Part shown: piece after piece, positions 19,201 through 28,142 of the stretch
Numbering within the stretch: position 1 is the first letter of the stretch
How the letters are laid out: each line of letters starts with the position of its first letter
Source of the DNA: an uncultured archaeon
Lineage (GTDB): Archaea > Asgardarchaeota > Thorarchaeia > Thorarchaeales > Thorarchaeaceae
Length of the DNA: 35,658 nucleotides
Assembly (NCBI GenBank): GCA_964590575.1
Contig: CAZPWM010000029.1
Coordinates: 1 to 35,658, forward strand
Direction of reading: 5' to 3'
The notes under the pieces: generated by a model
What the model was told of the DNA's origin: nothing
What the model saw: the letters and a program-made list of their open reading frames with translations, nothing else
The model's database searches: none
Made by a program: the position numbers and the translations under genes

Positions 19201-22200
19201 TCATCAACGAATATGTCCCCTGAGGTCCAATTTACAAAGACATCAATCAATCCGGGTTCATCTTGGGTCGGGGTGCAGTTGTAGAACATCTGATAGTATC
19301 CAGATGCATCAGTGGTCTTCTGAAACACATAGGTGTTAGATGAATTGACCCAGTGGATATAGACTGTTTCAAACTGAATTGGAGTATTGTTCGAGTACTG
19401 AAGAGTGCCATTTAGAAAAATGGTGTCGTTCAAATAGTAGAATGTGGAGTCTGCATGGATCGAGATGAGTGTGCCTGTGGCCTCAACTGACAGAGGCTCA
19501 TGGAATGACTCGCAATCATAGACTGTATAGTATGGTGATGTGTAGTTTGCCCAGATATAGACTGTTTCAATTGATTGTCCAATAGGGATTGTATATTGGT
19601 AGAAATAACCTCCTGTGGAGTTTGTCAGGTCGCTTCCAATATAATAGACTCCAGTGCTATTCTGTAACCAGAAATCAACCCATTCTCCAGCCATTGGAAA
19701 AGCAAACTCTGAGAGCTGTAGAATCCCTTGGATATCAACTGGTTGAAGAAGGAACACATGGTCCGGTGTGACAAAGATTGGGTCAAGGGAAACATCGAAT
19801 TTCTTCACAGTTGTGAAGCGGTGTACTGATTCTGAACTAGCGAGAGTTGGTTCCATTGAGGTGAAGCTGGACCAGTATTCTATTGGACCTTCATCAGACA
19901 AAAGAGTCGTGTAATTGAGTTCGTAATATCCATCGGAAGCGGTCAGTACAGACCCTATTAGGAAGTTCGACCCATTGTTCCAGTAGATATCGACCCATCG
20001 GCCGCCAATACCTGTGCCATTTGATACATGGGTCAAATATCCGAAGATTGTGATGTTCTCACCTATGTAAAGGGGATCGAATACTTGATTGATAGTGAGG
20101 TGTGTTCCGCTAGAGCCAACATTCACAGGAACGGTATAACTCCAATTACCCGCGATTAGTGGCCATGGAGAACTCCAGTTTGCATATGCAAAGTAGGTAC
20201 CATCTGGTTGCGTGATGGGAATGACGTAACTCCATGTGAACCCACCAGTGGAGTTCAGACCGCGTGTGGCATTAGCTTGTGTATGGAAAAAGACCCCTAC
20301 TTGTTGTCCTGGAGGCAAAGCCGTGCCATTGAGAAGATAGGCAACACCATCATAGTAGATTGTTGCTCCAGCTGACACATCGGTTGGAAAGACAAACAGA
20401 TCGAATCCCACGCGACCCCAGACTGTGACTGTTGAGTTGTTGGATGAGCGGGCTTCAAGCAACCGCGGAAAGCCATATTCGTCCCAGTCTCCCAAGTACC
20501 ACGACCACACAACGTGATTTCCCACCGTCATACGAGAGAGGTCTAATGGGTCTGCATAGATGTTAAGTTCGTAATATCCATACTCGCTAATGGACGCATT
20601 TCCCATGAATGAGTTATCCCAATAAATGCCGATATTCCTGTTATCATGATTCGAGCTATTTACAGGAACACCTCCAACCTTCATGGTGCCATAGACATGG
20701 ACTGTGTCCTCCCAGTAGGCAACATGAGTGTCTAAACCTTGACTGACATTGAGCTGTGTCGTTTCACTCAAAATAAAGCCACCTTCACCAGAGGGTGGTG
20801 TCGGATATGAGAAGGGGTTTGGTATTCCCACGGCATAAACCGAGGTGAAATTCGTGATTCTAATCGTTGAAGTCTGCCATGTAGCCGAGATGATGTGGTA
20901 GTCTACCGTCGCACTTGGTGGAAATATGTGTGTAATATTCGCTATAGGGTTATCAAGCGGTTGACCAATTGTTTGTGCACCAATATATACTGCATCAGTT
21001 TCGTCATTAAAGACTATGAGCTCCGGAGTGGTCACTGGAACACCGTCAATAGTGATTTCAGCACTCAGGTCGAAGGGAGTTCCAATCTGTGCCCATGGTT
21101 GTCCATTGGTAGGCCAGACGCGAAGTTGAACGTTTGGACTTGGTATATTGATGGGATCTTCACCACCCGTAATAGTATCCGGAAGTACTGCGGGAATGAC
21201 CTGAATCCACTCACCACCGGTTGAAGATCCCGACATTGGAATGAAGACTTCAGTCCAGAAAGCCATGTGTTTTACTTTGAGTGTTCTATAGGCGTCAGTT
21301 GGGTCAGGGTCACCAATTGCATAGCCCGCTGCCAATCGCGCAGGAATATGGAGATAGCGCATGAAGACGCAATAGGCTGTGGCAAAGTCCATGGGGAGAC
21401 CTCCTCCACGCTCAAGGAACCAATCAGTTACTTCTTGGCCAACTGGTGGTCGATCTAGTTGACTTAATGTTAGGTCAAAGGTGCTTTGGAAATAGAGCTG
21501 AACAGCCATGGCTGTTTCATATGCATTATTGCCAACTGTCAAGAATTGACTGATGTTAGCTTCCACCTCAGGAGATAGGGAAGGCAGGCCTAGATAGTTA
21601 TCTTTTCCCACACCGGGACCAGGAAGGGCATTTGCGACAATATTATTGATGTCTTGATTTTCGTACGTGAGCTGAAAAGTTACAATGACCTCTTCTCCAG
21701 TAGTCCCCTGAATGAATGGAGTGAAGAGTAATGTACCATAATCATCAGTTGTCAAGTCATAATCCAAGAGCCGACCAGGATCGGGATAAGGAGTACCATC
21801 CCCTGCAAAACTCCAGGTTGTGAAGGAATCCTCGATCACACGTATCGCTGGAAAGAGTGTAGGTAGTTCTATTGCACCGACAGTTGCCCCGGCGGTGGCA
21901 TTGAAGGCAACAGTATATACTTGATTAGTGGCTTCTCCAAATGTGATAAGTTGGTCAATATCATCAAGAGGAACTGGACCAACGTTGATTTTTCCCCAAT
22001 TTGAGCCATCGTAGTAATCATACGCACCCACCCGCCACAATTGTGGGGGGTCCGCAGGCGCTACCGTAAATATGACTTCCTCTAGATGATCCAATAGATC
22101 ATCGGGAAGAGGTAAATTAAGATTAACATCTGTATAATTGACATTGTCAAACCAGTTGGTTCGTCCTCCCGCAAACTCGTTATCATATGGCCAGTATGGA

Positions 22201-22415
22201 ATCTCATCATATTCATAATGTGGGTCATACTGACGAACAGCGCCTGATTGTATGATTACAAAATTATAAGTTGCCCAGACGAGACTAGCTACTATAAAGA
22301 TTGAGCTGATGAGGGTAGTAAGACCCATTCTTCTGCGGGAAGATTTCGTTGCGGCGCTCACTGGATTAGTCCTCTCGTTCACCATTTGGGAGATTTGGCG
22401 TGCGGTGTAACTCAT
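16221..22415 (-). CDS. Giant surface protein: transglutaminase-like domain (triad degenerate), about 13 Ig-like repeats, TM helix and DUF4129-like tail
   Basis: LWRVGAYDYYDG, IPARLAAGY and WTEVF; repeated TxxxG[YF] beta units; C-terminal SETAREFL...YEEARFS. Confidence 0.85.
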   Translation of the reverse strand: MSYTARQISQMVNERTNPVSAATKSSRRRMGLTTLISSIFIVASLVWATYNFVIIQSGAVRQYDPHYEYDEIPYWPYDNEFAGGRTNWFDNVNYTDVNLNLPLPDDLLDHLEEVIFTVAPADPPQLWRVGAYDYYDGSNWGKINVGPVPLDDIDQLITFGEATNQVYTVAFNATAGATVGAIELPTLFPAIRVIEDSFTTWSFAGDGTPYPDPGRLLDYDLTTDDYGTLLFTPFIQGTTGEEVIVTFQLTYENQDINNIVANALPGPGVGKDNYLGLPSLSPEVEANISQFLTVGNNAYETAMAVQLYFQSTFDLTLSQLDRPPVGQEVTDWFLERGGGLPMDFATAYCVFMRYLHIPARLAAGYAIGDPDPTDAYRTLKVKHMAFWTEVFIPMSGSSTGGEWIQVIPAVLPDTITGGEDPINIPSPNVQLRVWPTNGQPWAQIGTPFDLSAEITIDGVPVTTPELIVFNDETDAVYIGAQTIGQPLDNPIANITHIFPPSATVDYHIISATWQTSTIRITNFTSVYAVGIPNPFSYPTPPSGEGGFILSETTQLNVSQGLDTHVAYWEDTVHVYGTMKVGGVPVNSSNHDNRNIGIYWDNSFMGNASISEYGYYELNIYADPLDLSRMTVGNHVVWSWYLGDWDEYGFPRLLEARSSNNSTVTVWGRVGFDLFVFPTDVSAGATIYYDGVAYLLNGTALPPGQQVGVFFHTQANATRGLNSTGGFTWSYVIPITQPDGTYFAYANWSSPWPLIAGNWSYTVPVNVGSSGTHLTINQVFDPLYIGENITIFGYLTHVSNGTGIGGRWVDIYWNNGSNFLIGSVLTASDGYYELNYTTLLSDEGPIEYWSSFTSMEPTLASSESVHRFTTVKKFDVSLDPIFVTPDHVFLLQPVDIQGILQLSEFAFPMAGEWVDFWLQNSTGVYYIGSDLTNSTGGYFYQYTIPIGQSIETVYIWANYTSPYYTVYDCESFHEPLSVEATGTLISIHADSTFYYLNDTIFLNGTLQYSNNTPIQFETVYIHWVNSSNTYVFQKTTDASGYYQMFYNCTPTQDEPGLIDVFVNWTSGDIFVDDAFSSVAPQIQLQRYYTEITLTVPTQLYVDETAFDVQGVLSYVGGAPPLVGEMVYVSYWGGGGWIDLDNSLTNSTGGFLTPLNFATYNEGIVYFRVNYTSTNPLINDTIAYFDITRVKYTINLDVTINSNSIMQNGTLTVYVHAYFAHNGTDFSGATVPIYWDNGTLTFLGSIITDVSGQGNLSYSGMSWDSIRTNIEVYGNYAGTVFFASSESVHNILTLIQWQTTFTNIILPVGPYRIGETVVATGNLEYVNGSIPYGGVTVELTLFGITRATDITASDGSFNLNWVIPGTLSPGSYDLLIEFNSLYPWIANTSTVFLPINVIAPEPQFTEFLVTPTTIYLDQTLNISGRVVWDNGTPYADLPLDIYWGDYYSTANGIIVNDFTTDGSGRFTIFFDIPDDLDLLTYVQHVWAYIDPVGYATFGESPVVPITVDIYQASITTAVDLAVVYLGGTLTFSGTLQFTNTTPLFGYNIEIWWGGNLVANFTISDPVLGAFSYPHPVPYSNDIGVLSGYALFRAPSIAWGDLDTLEFFNDVTVIERVDVFMDPEPVDNIVGRGETIVVTGDVLNDDGSAADGVTVEVLVDGGFTGFTAITAGDGSYSISLLVPTFQPRGSYLISVAVTSTFHELRNGPTVWTILVFIDSHVSVQTNQIAILPGETFSMDVELYDDDSNPLFGESVSIYLGTTYLTDLLLSGPFPERFVLVVPFSWDEGDGLFNITADFSGASFIDSDSSISDNSVHVFTDVVFSLIPLRVDPGQPFIIECTLRDTAGNLIMFRQALLNFNGTDVNPYFTTDVRGQFTHNVAAQPDGTVINIRITLISTEVGNIQSNIFTINIQTAGGNPLQGTDLLIASILLIGAVVAVLAYLYIVKGMFRSPVISRGLDISTKLRNIKKLADAGKYGASITLAYRTFEQMCGTKIGSERAHSETAREFLDRVLQTLPLDGATVEQFVQTYEEARFSHHEMTRERYEEAVRIFTDIYPRIDSTATIE

Positions 22416-22583
22416 GGTGGATGAAAGTTACTCTCAAACGTCCTTTCCTAGCAATTAAAGGGTTGTTCCGCTGGACTCGATTTCCTTTATCGAAAGTATA
22501 TTGAGATGTACACTACTAGGAACCTCTCATTCTTAACGTAACTAGATAAGCGCAACCACTGTACAAAATTGGAGGCTTAGGCA

Positions 22584-23162
22584 TTGGAGTCAGTTCATAA
22601 TCGAATTGAGGAATACGTTCGAGAAAAACTCGTCAAAAATGGTAAGGGAGCACACACATTCGATCATACCAAAAGGGTGTTTGCGCTTTCCATCAGAATT
22701 GGCGAAGATTTGACTGCAGACCTGAAAATACTTGGTGCTGCTGCACTTCTCCATGATATTGGTCGTCCAGAAGAAGCTGAAACCGGGATTTCACACTCAC
22801 TATTATCAGGAGAGTTGAGTAATGAGATCTTGAAGAAAGTTGGTTTTACTGCTGCAGAGATTGATAAAGTAGTAGACGCTATCAGAACTCATAGATTCAG
22901 CGAGGGAATTGAGCCTAACTCGCTTGAGGGGAAAATACTGAGTGATGTCGACAAACTTGATGCTATGGGTGCTATTGGCGTGTTTCGCGCTATCGCCCAG
23001 GCTGCAAACACAGGTTCGGGGATTAGAGGATTCATAGACCATGCAGATGAAAAACTGCTGAAACTTAGAGATTTAATGTACACTGACCAAGCTCGGACCG
23101 AGGCAGAACTTCGCCATCGAACACTGGATGCATTTGTTAAGCAATTGAAGAGTGAGATATAG
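22584..23162 (+). CDS. HD domain phosphohydrolase
   Basis: AHTFDHTKRV...LLHDIG...HRFS...DVDKLDAMGA. Confidence 0.92.
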   Translation: MESVHNRIEEYVREKLVKNGKGAHTFDHTKRVFALSIRIGEDLTADLKILGAAALLHDIGRPEEAETGISHSLLSGELSNEILKKVGFTAAEIDKVVDAIRTHRFSEGIEPNSLEGKILSDVDKLDAMGAIGVFRAIAQAANTGSGIRGFIDHADEKLLKLRDLMYTDQARTEAELRHRTLDAFVKQLKSEI

Positions 23163-23169
23163 AGTAACA

Positions 23170-23742
23170 TCAACGACTCAGATAGAGTTCGAGATAAGAC
23201 TCACGAATAGATTGGGCAGGGTCCAGACCAAGGGCTTTCATTATTTTGAAGATGTTGTCTTTTGCATAAGCAAGCTCATCACTAGTCCTCGCAATGCTCT
23301 CAAGTTCTAAGAATAATCCGACATGTTCTACGTCATCGATACTTATCGTAGTCGCAGGTAGACTGAAGAATTGACGCTTCTTCATGATTCTTGCAACCAG
23401 TTTGAATCCGAGATTCTCAAGGATGAAGGTGATTTCCTCAGCGTTGTTTATTTTTACTGAAGACTCAAGCCGGGTCTTTGTTGTACTATCAATTTTTGGA
23501 CCTTTATAGGTAAGTTCGACCAAATCTGTAGAGATTTCGTCTTTTACTCTATCAAGGGGTTTTCTCAATCTCACTCTCAGAGCTTCATCGGTATCTTGAA
23601 AGGTTCTACAGGGATGGTCAAAATACGAGTCTATCTGAATCTCTTTGTTGGTCTTTTTTGCGCCAATATTCAATATTCGATGTTCCATTTCCTCTAATCT
23701 TTCAATAGAAACTTTGACCTCTACTTCATAGGTCTCTCCCAT
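23170..23742 (-). CDS. cyaB: CYTH domain protein (class IV adenylate cyclase / triphosphate tunnel enzyme)
   Basis: EVEVK, YFDHP, ALRVR, LTYKGPK and SYLEL. Confidence 0.88.
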   Translation of the reverse strand: MGETYEVEVKVSIERLEEMEHRILNIGAKKTNKEIQIDSYFDHPCRTFQDTDEALRVRLRKPLDRVKDEISTDLVELTYKGPKIDSTTKTRLESSVKINNAEEITFILENLGFKLVARIMKKRQFFSLPATTISIDDVEHVGLFLELESIARTSDELAYAKDNIFKIMKALGLDPAQSIRESYLELYLSR

Positions 23743-23843
23743 CTATATCAACCTCTGAGTATAATTACTGACACAATCTTCAGACTGTTAGATGTTTTCA
23801 TTAGATGGATGAGCCATAAGCCAAATAACGGTGACGAATCCCC

Positions 23844-25118
23844 ATGAGAAAGGCTGGTGTCACTTTGTCAAGAATACAGAGTATCAAATGCGCGAAGTGT
23901 GGAAAAACCTACGATAATTCCAATGTGCCTCCAAACGATGGATGTGGAGGAAGAATTGATTTCGACTTTGATTTAGAAAGTATCAAAGAAACAATAACGA
24001 GGGATAGCCTCGAGAAACGAATTCCAGGACTTTGGAAGTACTTCGAGTTGATGCCCCTCCAGCATGAGAAGAACATAGTGACATTGGGAGAAGGAGGAAC
24101 CCCACTTGTCGAAAGCAGAAGACTTGCTGATGAATGGAAGTTGAAGAACCTCTCCATTAAAATTGAGACTCTAAACCCCTCAGGGTCCTTCAAAGATCGA
24201 CCAATCTGTGTCGGAGTTAGTAGAGCACTGGAAGATGGCGCAAAAACGGTTTCAGCGGCATCATCAGGAAATGCAGCAGCCTCCATGTCCACATACGCAG
24301 CGAGAGCTGGTCTTCAAGCAGTTGTGTTCGTACCAGAAGATGCTCCCAAGGGGAAACTGATTCATTTGAGAACTCTGGGAGCCAAGGTATTCAGAGTTAA
24401 GAAAGTCCAAGATGGAGTCGATCCCACAACTACTCTATTACATGCTGCTTGTGAGAAGTTTGGCTGGACACCATCACCATCCTTTGGGCCATTCAACTGC
24501 TTCCAGTTTGAAGGTACCAAGTCCTTAGGCTACGAGATAGCTGAACAATGCAATTGGAACCCACCCGATTGGATACTTTTTCCAACAGGAAGTGGTGGGC
24601 TCATGGCGGGAACGATGAAGGGACTCTGGGAATTCAAAGAAATGGGACTGATCGATAACCTCCCGAGACCTGTGGTCGTACAACCTGAAGGCTGCGCACC
24701 AATTGTGAGGGCATTCAGGGAGAACCAAGACCCGTTGGACATCATACCCTGGGGCTCAAATGAAACTGTAGCAGGAGGCCTCGCTGATCCATTCCCATGG
24801 GATGGTGACGCAGCTCTAAAGTATCTCAGACTAGCAAGGGGTGAGGTAGTTGCTGTTCCAGACAATGAGATAGAAGAGTCACTTGTATTACTTGGTAAGC
24901 TAGAAGGGATATTTTCAGAACCAAGTGGTGTTGCAGCCATAGCTGGTTTGAAGACACTTGTTGAACAAGGAATTATTGATAGATCGGATAGGATTGTGGT
25001 TCCAATTACCGGTTCCGGCTTTAAGGATCTTGCAACCCCTGATAGACTGACGCCTGAAGTCCAATTGATTCCTCCAGATACAACTGCGCTCAAGAAGGCT
25101 CTAGAGAATTATGGATGA
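23844..25118 (+). CDS. thrC: Threonine synthase-like PLP enzyme (fold type II)
   Basis: LGEGGTP, NPSGSFKDR (PLP lysine), SSGN, EPSG and TGSGFK. Confidence 0.8.
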   Translation: MRKAGVTLSRIQSIKCAKCGKTYDNSNVPPNDGCGGRIDFDFDLESIKETITRDSLEKRIPGLWKYFELMPLQHEKNIVTLGEGGTPLVESRRLADEWKLKNLSIKIETLNPSGSFKDRPICVGVSRALEDGAKTVSAASSGNAAASMSTYAARAGLQAVVFVPEDAPKGKLIHLRTLGAKVFRVKKVQDGVDPTTTLLHAACEKFGWTPSPSFGPFNCFQFEGTKSLGYEIAEQCNWNPPDWILFPTGSGGLMAGTMKGLWEFKEMGLIDNLPRPVVVQPEGCAPIVRAFRENQDPLDIIPWGSNETVAGGLADPFPWDGDAALKYLRLARGEVVAVPDNEIEESLVLLGKLEGIFSEPSGVAAIAGLKTLVEQGIIDRSDRIVVPITGSGFKDLATPDRLTPEVQLIPPDTTALKKALENYG

Positions 25119-25124
25119 TGTGAT

Positions 25125-25580
25125 TTGATGAATAAGAAAGATATCAGGAAGTATATGGCTATAGCAATTGAAGAAGCCAAGAAAGGTCTCGCAAAGGGAG
25201 GAATTCCAATAGGTTCAGTGCTGGTCATTAACGATAGGATAGTTGGAAGGGGACACAATCAAAGGATACAGAAGGGGAGTGCCATTCTTCATGCAGAGAT
25301 GGATTGCTTGGAAAATGCTGGAAGATTGACTGCAAAGGACTACCGAAAATCAGTGCTCTTCTCAACCTTATCGCCTTGTGACATGTGTAGCGGAGCCGTG
25401 TTACTATATGGTATACCGACCGTTATAGTTGGAGAGAACAAGACATTCCAAGGACCTGAACAGTATGTCCGCGACCGTGGTGTGGAGGTCACAGTTCTTA
25501 ACGACCCCGACTGTATTGAGATGATGGAGAAGTTCATCCAGGATAATCCAATTCTCTGGAACGAGGATATAGGGGAATAG
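25125..25580 (+). CDS. Cytosine/nucleoside deaminase (Fcy1-like)
   Basis: Zn motifs HAE and SPCDMC, plus GIPIG, VGEN and C-terminal WNEDIGE. Confidence 0.9.
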   Translation: MMNKKDIRKYMAIAIEEAKKGLAKGGIPIGSVLVINDRIVGRGHNQRIQKGSAILHAEMDCLENAGRLTAKDYRKSVLFSTLSPCDMCSGAVLLYGIPTVIVGENKTFQGPEQYVRDRGVEVTVLNDPDCIEMMEKFIQDNPILWNEDIGE

Positions 25581-25606
25581 ATAATTCATCCATTGGGGAT
25601 ACAAGA

Positions 25607-26590
25607 ATGGCGAAAAAGGAAATACGACAGCTAGCAAAGGAACTAGCCAAAAATCATGGGTATCTCCAATATATGATTGAACGGTATATCTCTCTATGGG
25701 GCGAAGAGGACACTCTGAAGTTCATCGAAGCATGCGAGCAACCAATTAGAACATCAATTCGAGTCAACACGCTGAAGACTTCTGCAGGTATGGTCCTCCA
25801 CCGTTTGCAAAAGAAAGGCGTAAGACTTGAGGAAATACCATGGTTAGATGATGGTTATTATGCTGATTTTAGTGGCTCGTCACCTGGAGCATCACTTGAG
25901 CATATGTTAGGATTCTATTACGTTCAGGGTGTTCCATCAATGACTGCTGTGAGTGTTCTAGACCCTCAACCAGGGGACACGGTCTTAGATCTTGCAGCAG
26001 CACCAGGCGGAAAGACAACTCATATCGCACAGATGATGAAAAACACAGGATTGGTCATCTCAATTGAACAAGACCGGCAACGCATGTCTAGTCTTCAAAG
26101 CAATATAATCCGTTGTGGAGCTACTAACACGATGGTCCTTCGCGGTGATGCCAAGAAACTTGACAATCTACCCTTTAAACCTGATAAGATTCTGCTTGAT
26201 GCACCTTGTTCAGGAGAAGGATTGATTCCCTTGGACCCAACCAGAAAGACGAGTAAGACTATGGCAGATATCAGATTTTGTGCCACGAGAGAGGATGAGA
26301 TGCTGGTAGCTGCAGTGAACATCCTTGCTGAAGGGGGCACATTAGTTTATTCGACTTGTTCCATTGCTCCAGAAGAGAATGAATACATTGTGGATGATAT
26401 ATTGAAACGATATCCTGAGATGCATATAGTCCAAATACCATCCGAGTTTGGTTCGCCGGGATATACAGATCCCTATGGCATCAAACTGAATGAATCACTA
26501 AAACTATCTAGGCGGTTTCTACCGCACCTTCATGGAACTGAGGGGTTCTTCATCTGCAAGATGATGAAAAAGGAGGGAAACACAACGTGA
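25607..26590 (+). CDS. RsmB/Nop2 family rRNA m5C methyltransferase
   Basis: IRVNTLK, DLAAAPGGKT, LLDAPCSGEG, YSTCS and PHLHGTEGFF. Confidence 0.95.
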   Translation: MAKKEIRQLAKELAKNHGYLQYMIERYISLWGEEDTLKFIEACEQPIRTSIRVNTLKTSAGMVLHRLQKKGVRLEEIPWLDDGYYADFSGSSPGASLEHMLGFYYVQGVPSMTAVSVLDPQPGDTVLDLAAAPGGKTTHIAQMMKNTGLVISIEQDRQRMSSLQSNIIRCGATNTMVLRGDAKKLDNLPFKPDKILLDAPCSGEGLIPLDPTRKTSKTMADIRFCATREDEMLVAAVNILAEGGTLVYSTCSIAPEENEYIVDDILKRYPEMHIVQIPSEFGSPGYTDPYGIKLNESLKLSRRFLPHLHGTEGFFICKMMKKEGNTT

Positions 26591-27129
26591 AGATGGAGCT
26601 CGTCGATCCAATCGATTGGGGATCTGTCATAGAGCAGATAGATATCGAGTTCGGGGCAGGAGTGACAAAGAACCTCTTAGGAAATCGTGTGCCAGTAACT
26701 ATGTCCAGAGGGAGCACTAAGATATTCTATGCAATACCAACAGATTGGATGTCCAGATTGATTGATACAGCTGAAACCCTTGATATTCAGTTCATCGGAA
26801 AAGAGCTAGGTTCTATTGACAAGGGACGATTCAGATTGAGTCTTCACATTCTAGGTGAAATGACCGAACTGACAGAAAGTTGCATCATTGTGTCTCGACG
26901 GGGAGCAGAAGCATTTACCTATGGTAGGAGTATCATTAGAGAGTCTGTTCTGGAGCTAAATACGTCTCTGGTCAGAGGACAAAGAATTCTCGTACTCAAC
27001 GAGGATCGAGAGTGTTTAGGAATTGCATCGCTTTCAATGGATGCATCTAAACTGACTCGAATGGGGGCAGATCGGCTTGTTGCCAAGAATCTTGTTGATA
27101 TTGGTTGGTTCATCAGACGTTTGGGCTAG
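26587..27129 (+). CDS. Nip7-like PUA-domain ribosome biogenesis protein
   Basis: AEAFTYGRSI...VLNEDRECLG...NLVDIGWFIR; overlaps the Nop2 gene by 4 nt. Confidence 0.8.
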   Translation: MKMELVDPIDWGSVIEQIDIEFGAGVTKNLLGNRVPVTMSRGSTKIFYAIPTDWMSRLIDTAETLDIQFIGKELGSIDKGRFRLSLHILGEMTELTESCIIVSRRGAEAFTYGRSIIRESVLELNTSLVRGQRILVLNEDRECLGIASLSMDASKLTRMGADRLVAKNLVDIGWFIRRLG

Positions 27130-27872
27130 ACAAACATGTCGCTTGAGCGGTCTGAATCCTCGATAGATTTTCTCATCTTCTCCAGCCTTTCAATCTCTCG
27201 AGATTCTTCCAAGAGCTGTTCGACATTCGCCCCGATGCCATAGATTTCATTGATTTTTTCAAGCATTGTCGCTGCAGATCGTGGGTCCGGACGACCTCTG
27301 GTGGCATAAGTGAGCAAACCAAGAGCAGGAACATCATGCATCTCAAGCTCTGCAAGAAATAGAGCCAGAGGACCTGCTACAAATAGACCTTCTTCAAGAA
27401 GCGGAACTTTCCATTTTTCGCGCATTTCGCCATATGCGGTAGTTGGAACGCAGCGCATATCTTCTTCATCTTCCTTGAAGGATGAGTCTAGACCTCCAAG
27501 GAGTAGGGTTTCTTTGAATTTATTTTCAGCCACCCAACTTGCTAACTTGTCAATGAATCCCCATTGTTCAGACTGGTGTGGTTGAAATCGTGGGACTAGA
27601 AAGATTATCTTCTTCTTATCATAGGAATAGAGCTCAAATGGTAGAACAAGGCGTTCATTCTCCATTGAAACAAAGAGTGGAAGCATATCGCTCTTGATGA
27701 AACCAATGCGTTCAGCCTCTAAAGTGCGAGTCAGATGAGCGGTGCTCAAGAAACCTACTTCGCCCAAACCGTGAAATCCACAGATGAAGGTTGATTCAGG
27801 TTTAATTTTGAAGTCCTTCTTCAATATGATTTTAAAAGATGAATCAGTGGTAGCTACGAAAGCCATGACCAT
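27126..27872 (-). CDS. PAC2 family proteasome assembly chaperone
   Basis: GFHGLGEVG, LLLGGL, GPLALFL and PDPRSAA. Confidence 0.9.
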   Translation of the reverse strand: MVMAFVATTDSSFKIILKKDFKIKPESTFICGFHGLGEVGFLSTAHLTRTLEAERIGFIKSDMLPLFVSMENERLVLPFELYSYDKKKIIFLVPRFQPHQSEQWGFIDKLASWVAENKFKETLLLGGLDSSFKEDEEDMRCVPTTAYGEMREKWKVPLLEEGLFVAGPLALFLAELEMHDVPALGLLTYATRGRPDPRSAATMLEKINEIYGIGANVEQLLEESREIERLEKMRKSIEDSDRSSDMFV

Positions 27873-28087
27873 TCAAACCTCAATGGAGAGGACTGTTTTC
27901 ACAGTACCTCACTTGATTATGTGTTAGAATCTTGATAGATGCTTTTGAGACTTTGTATGTGTCTGTGTAAGATTGTCATTGGAGGGTCTGTTATACATAC
28001 TTTGCAGGGATACAGAGGGACCATGCAAGTTGTGCATTTTTGGACTGGCTCTACGGTATTTTGACCAGCCGTACATAAATCTAATAG

Positions 28088-28106
28088 GAGGATATACTAT
28101 ATCCTC
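28088..28106. promoter_or_regulatory. Perfect palindrome GAGGATATA-C-TATATCCTC, candidate operator
   Basis: 9-bp arms with a 1-nt spacer, 36 nt upstream of the pseudo-helicase start. Confidence 0.5.
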
Positions 28107-28142
28107 ATATCACCTTATGCGCATTTGACGGAGCGGGAATAA

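Noticed and set aside
16680-21125. Short recurring nucleotide words as a possible repeat array or CRISPR
   Set aside because: They encode recurring Ig-repeat motifs (GYYELN, NSTGG). No regularly spaced repeat-spacer array was seen anywhere in the window.
27924-28076. 50-aa minus-strand ORF (MYGWSKYRR...) upstream of PAC2
   Set aside because: No motif, paralog or clear SD spacing, and it overlaps probable promoter DNA.
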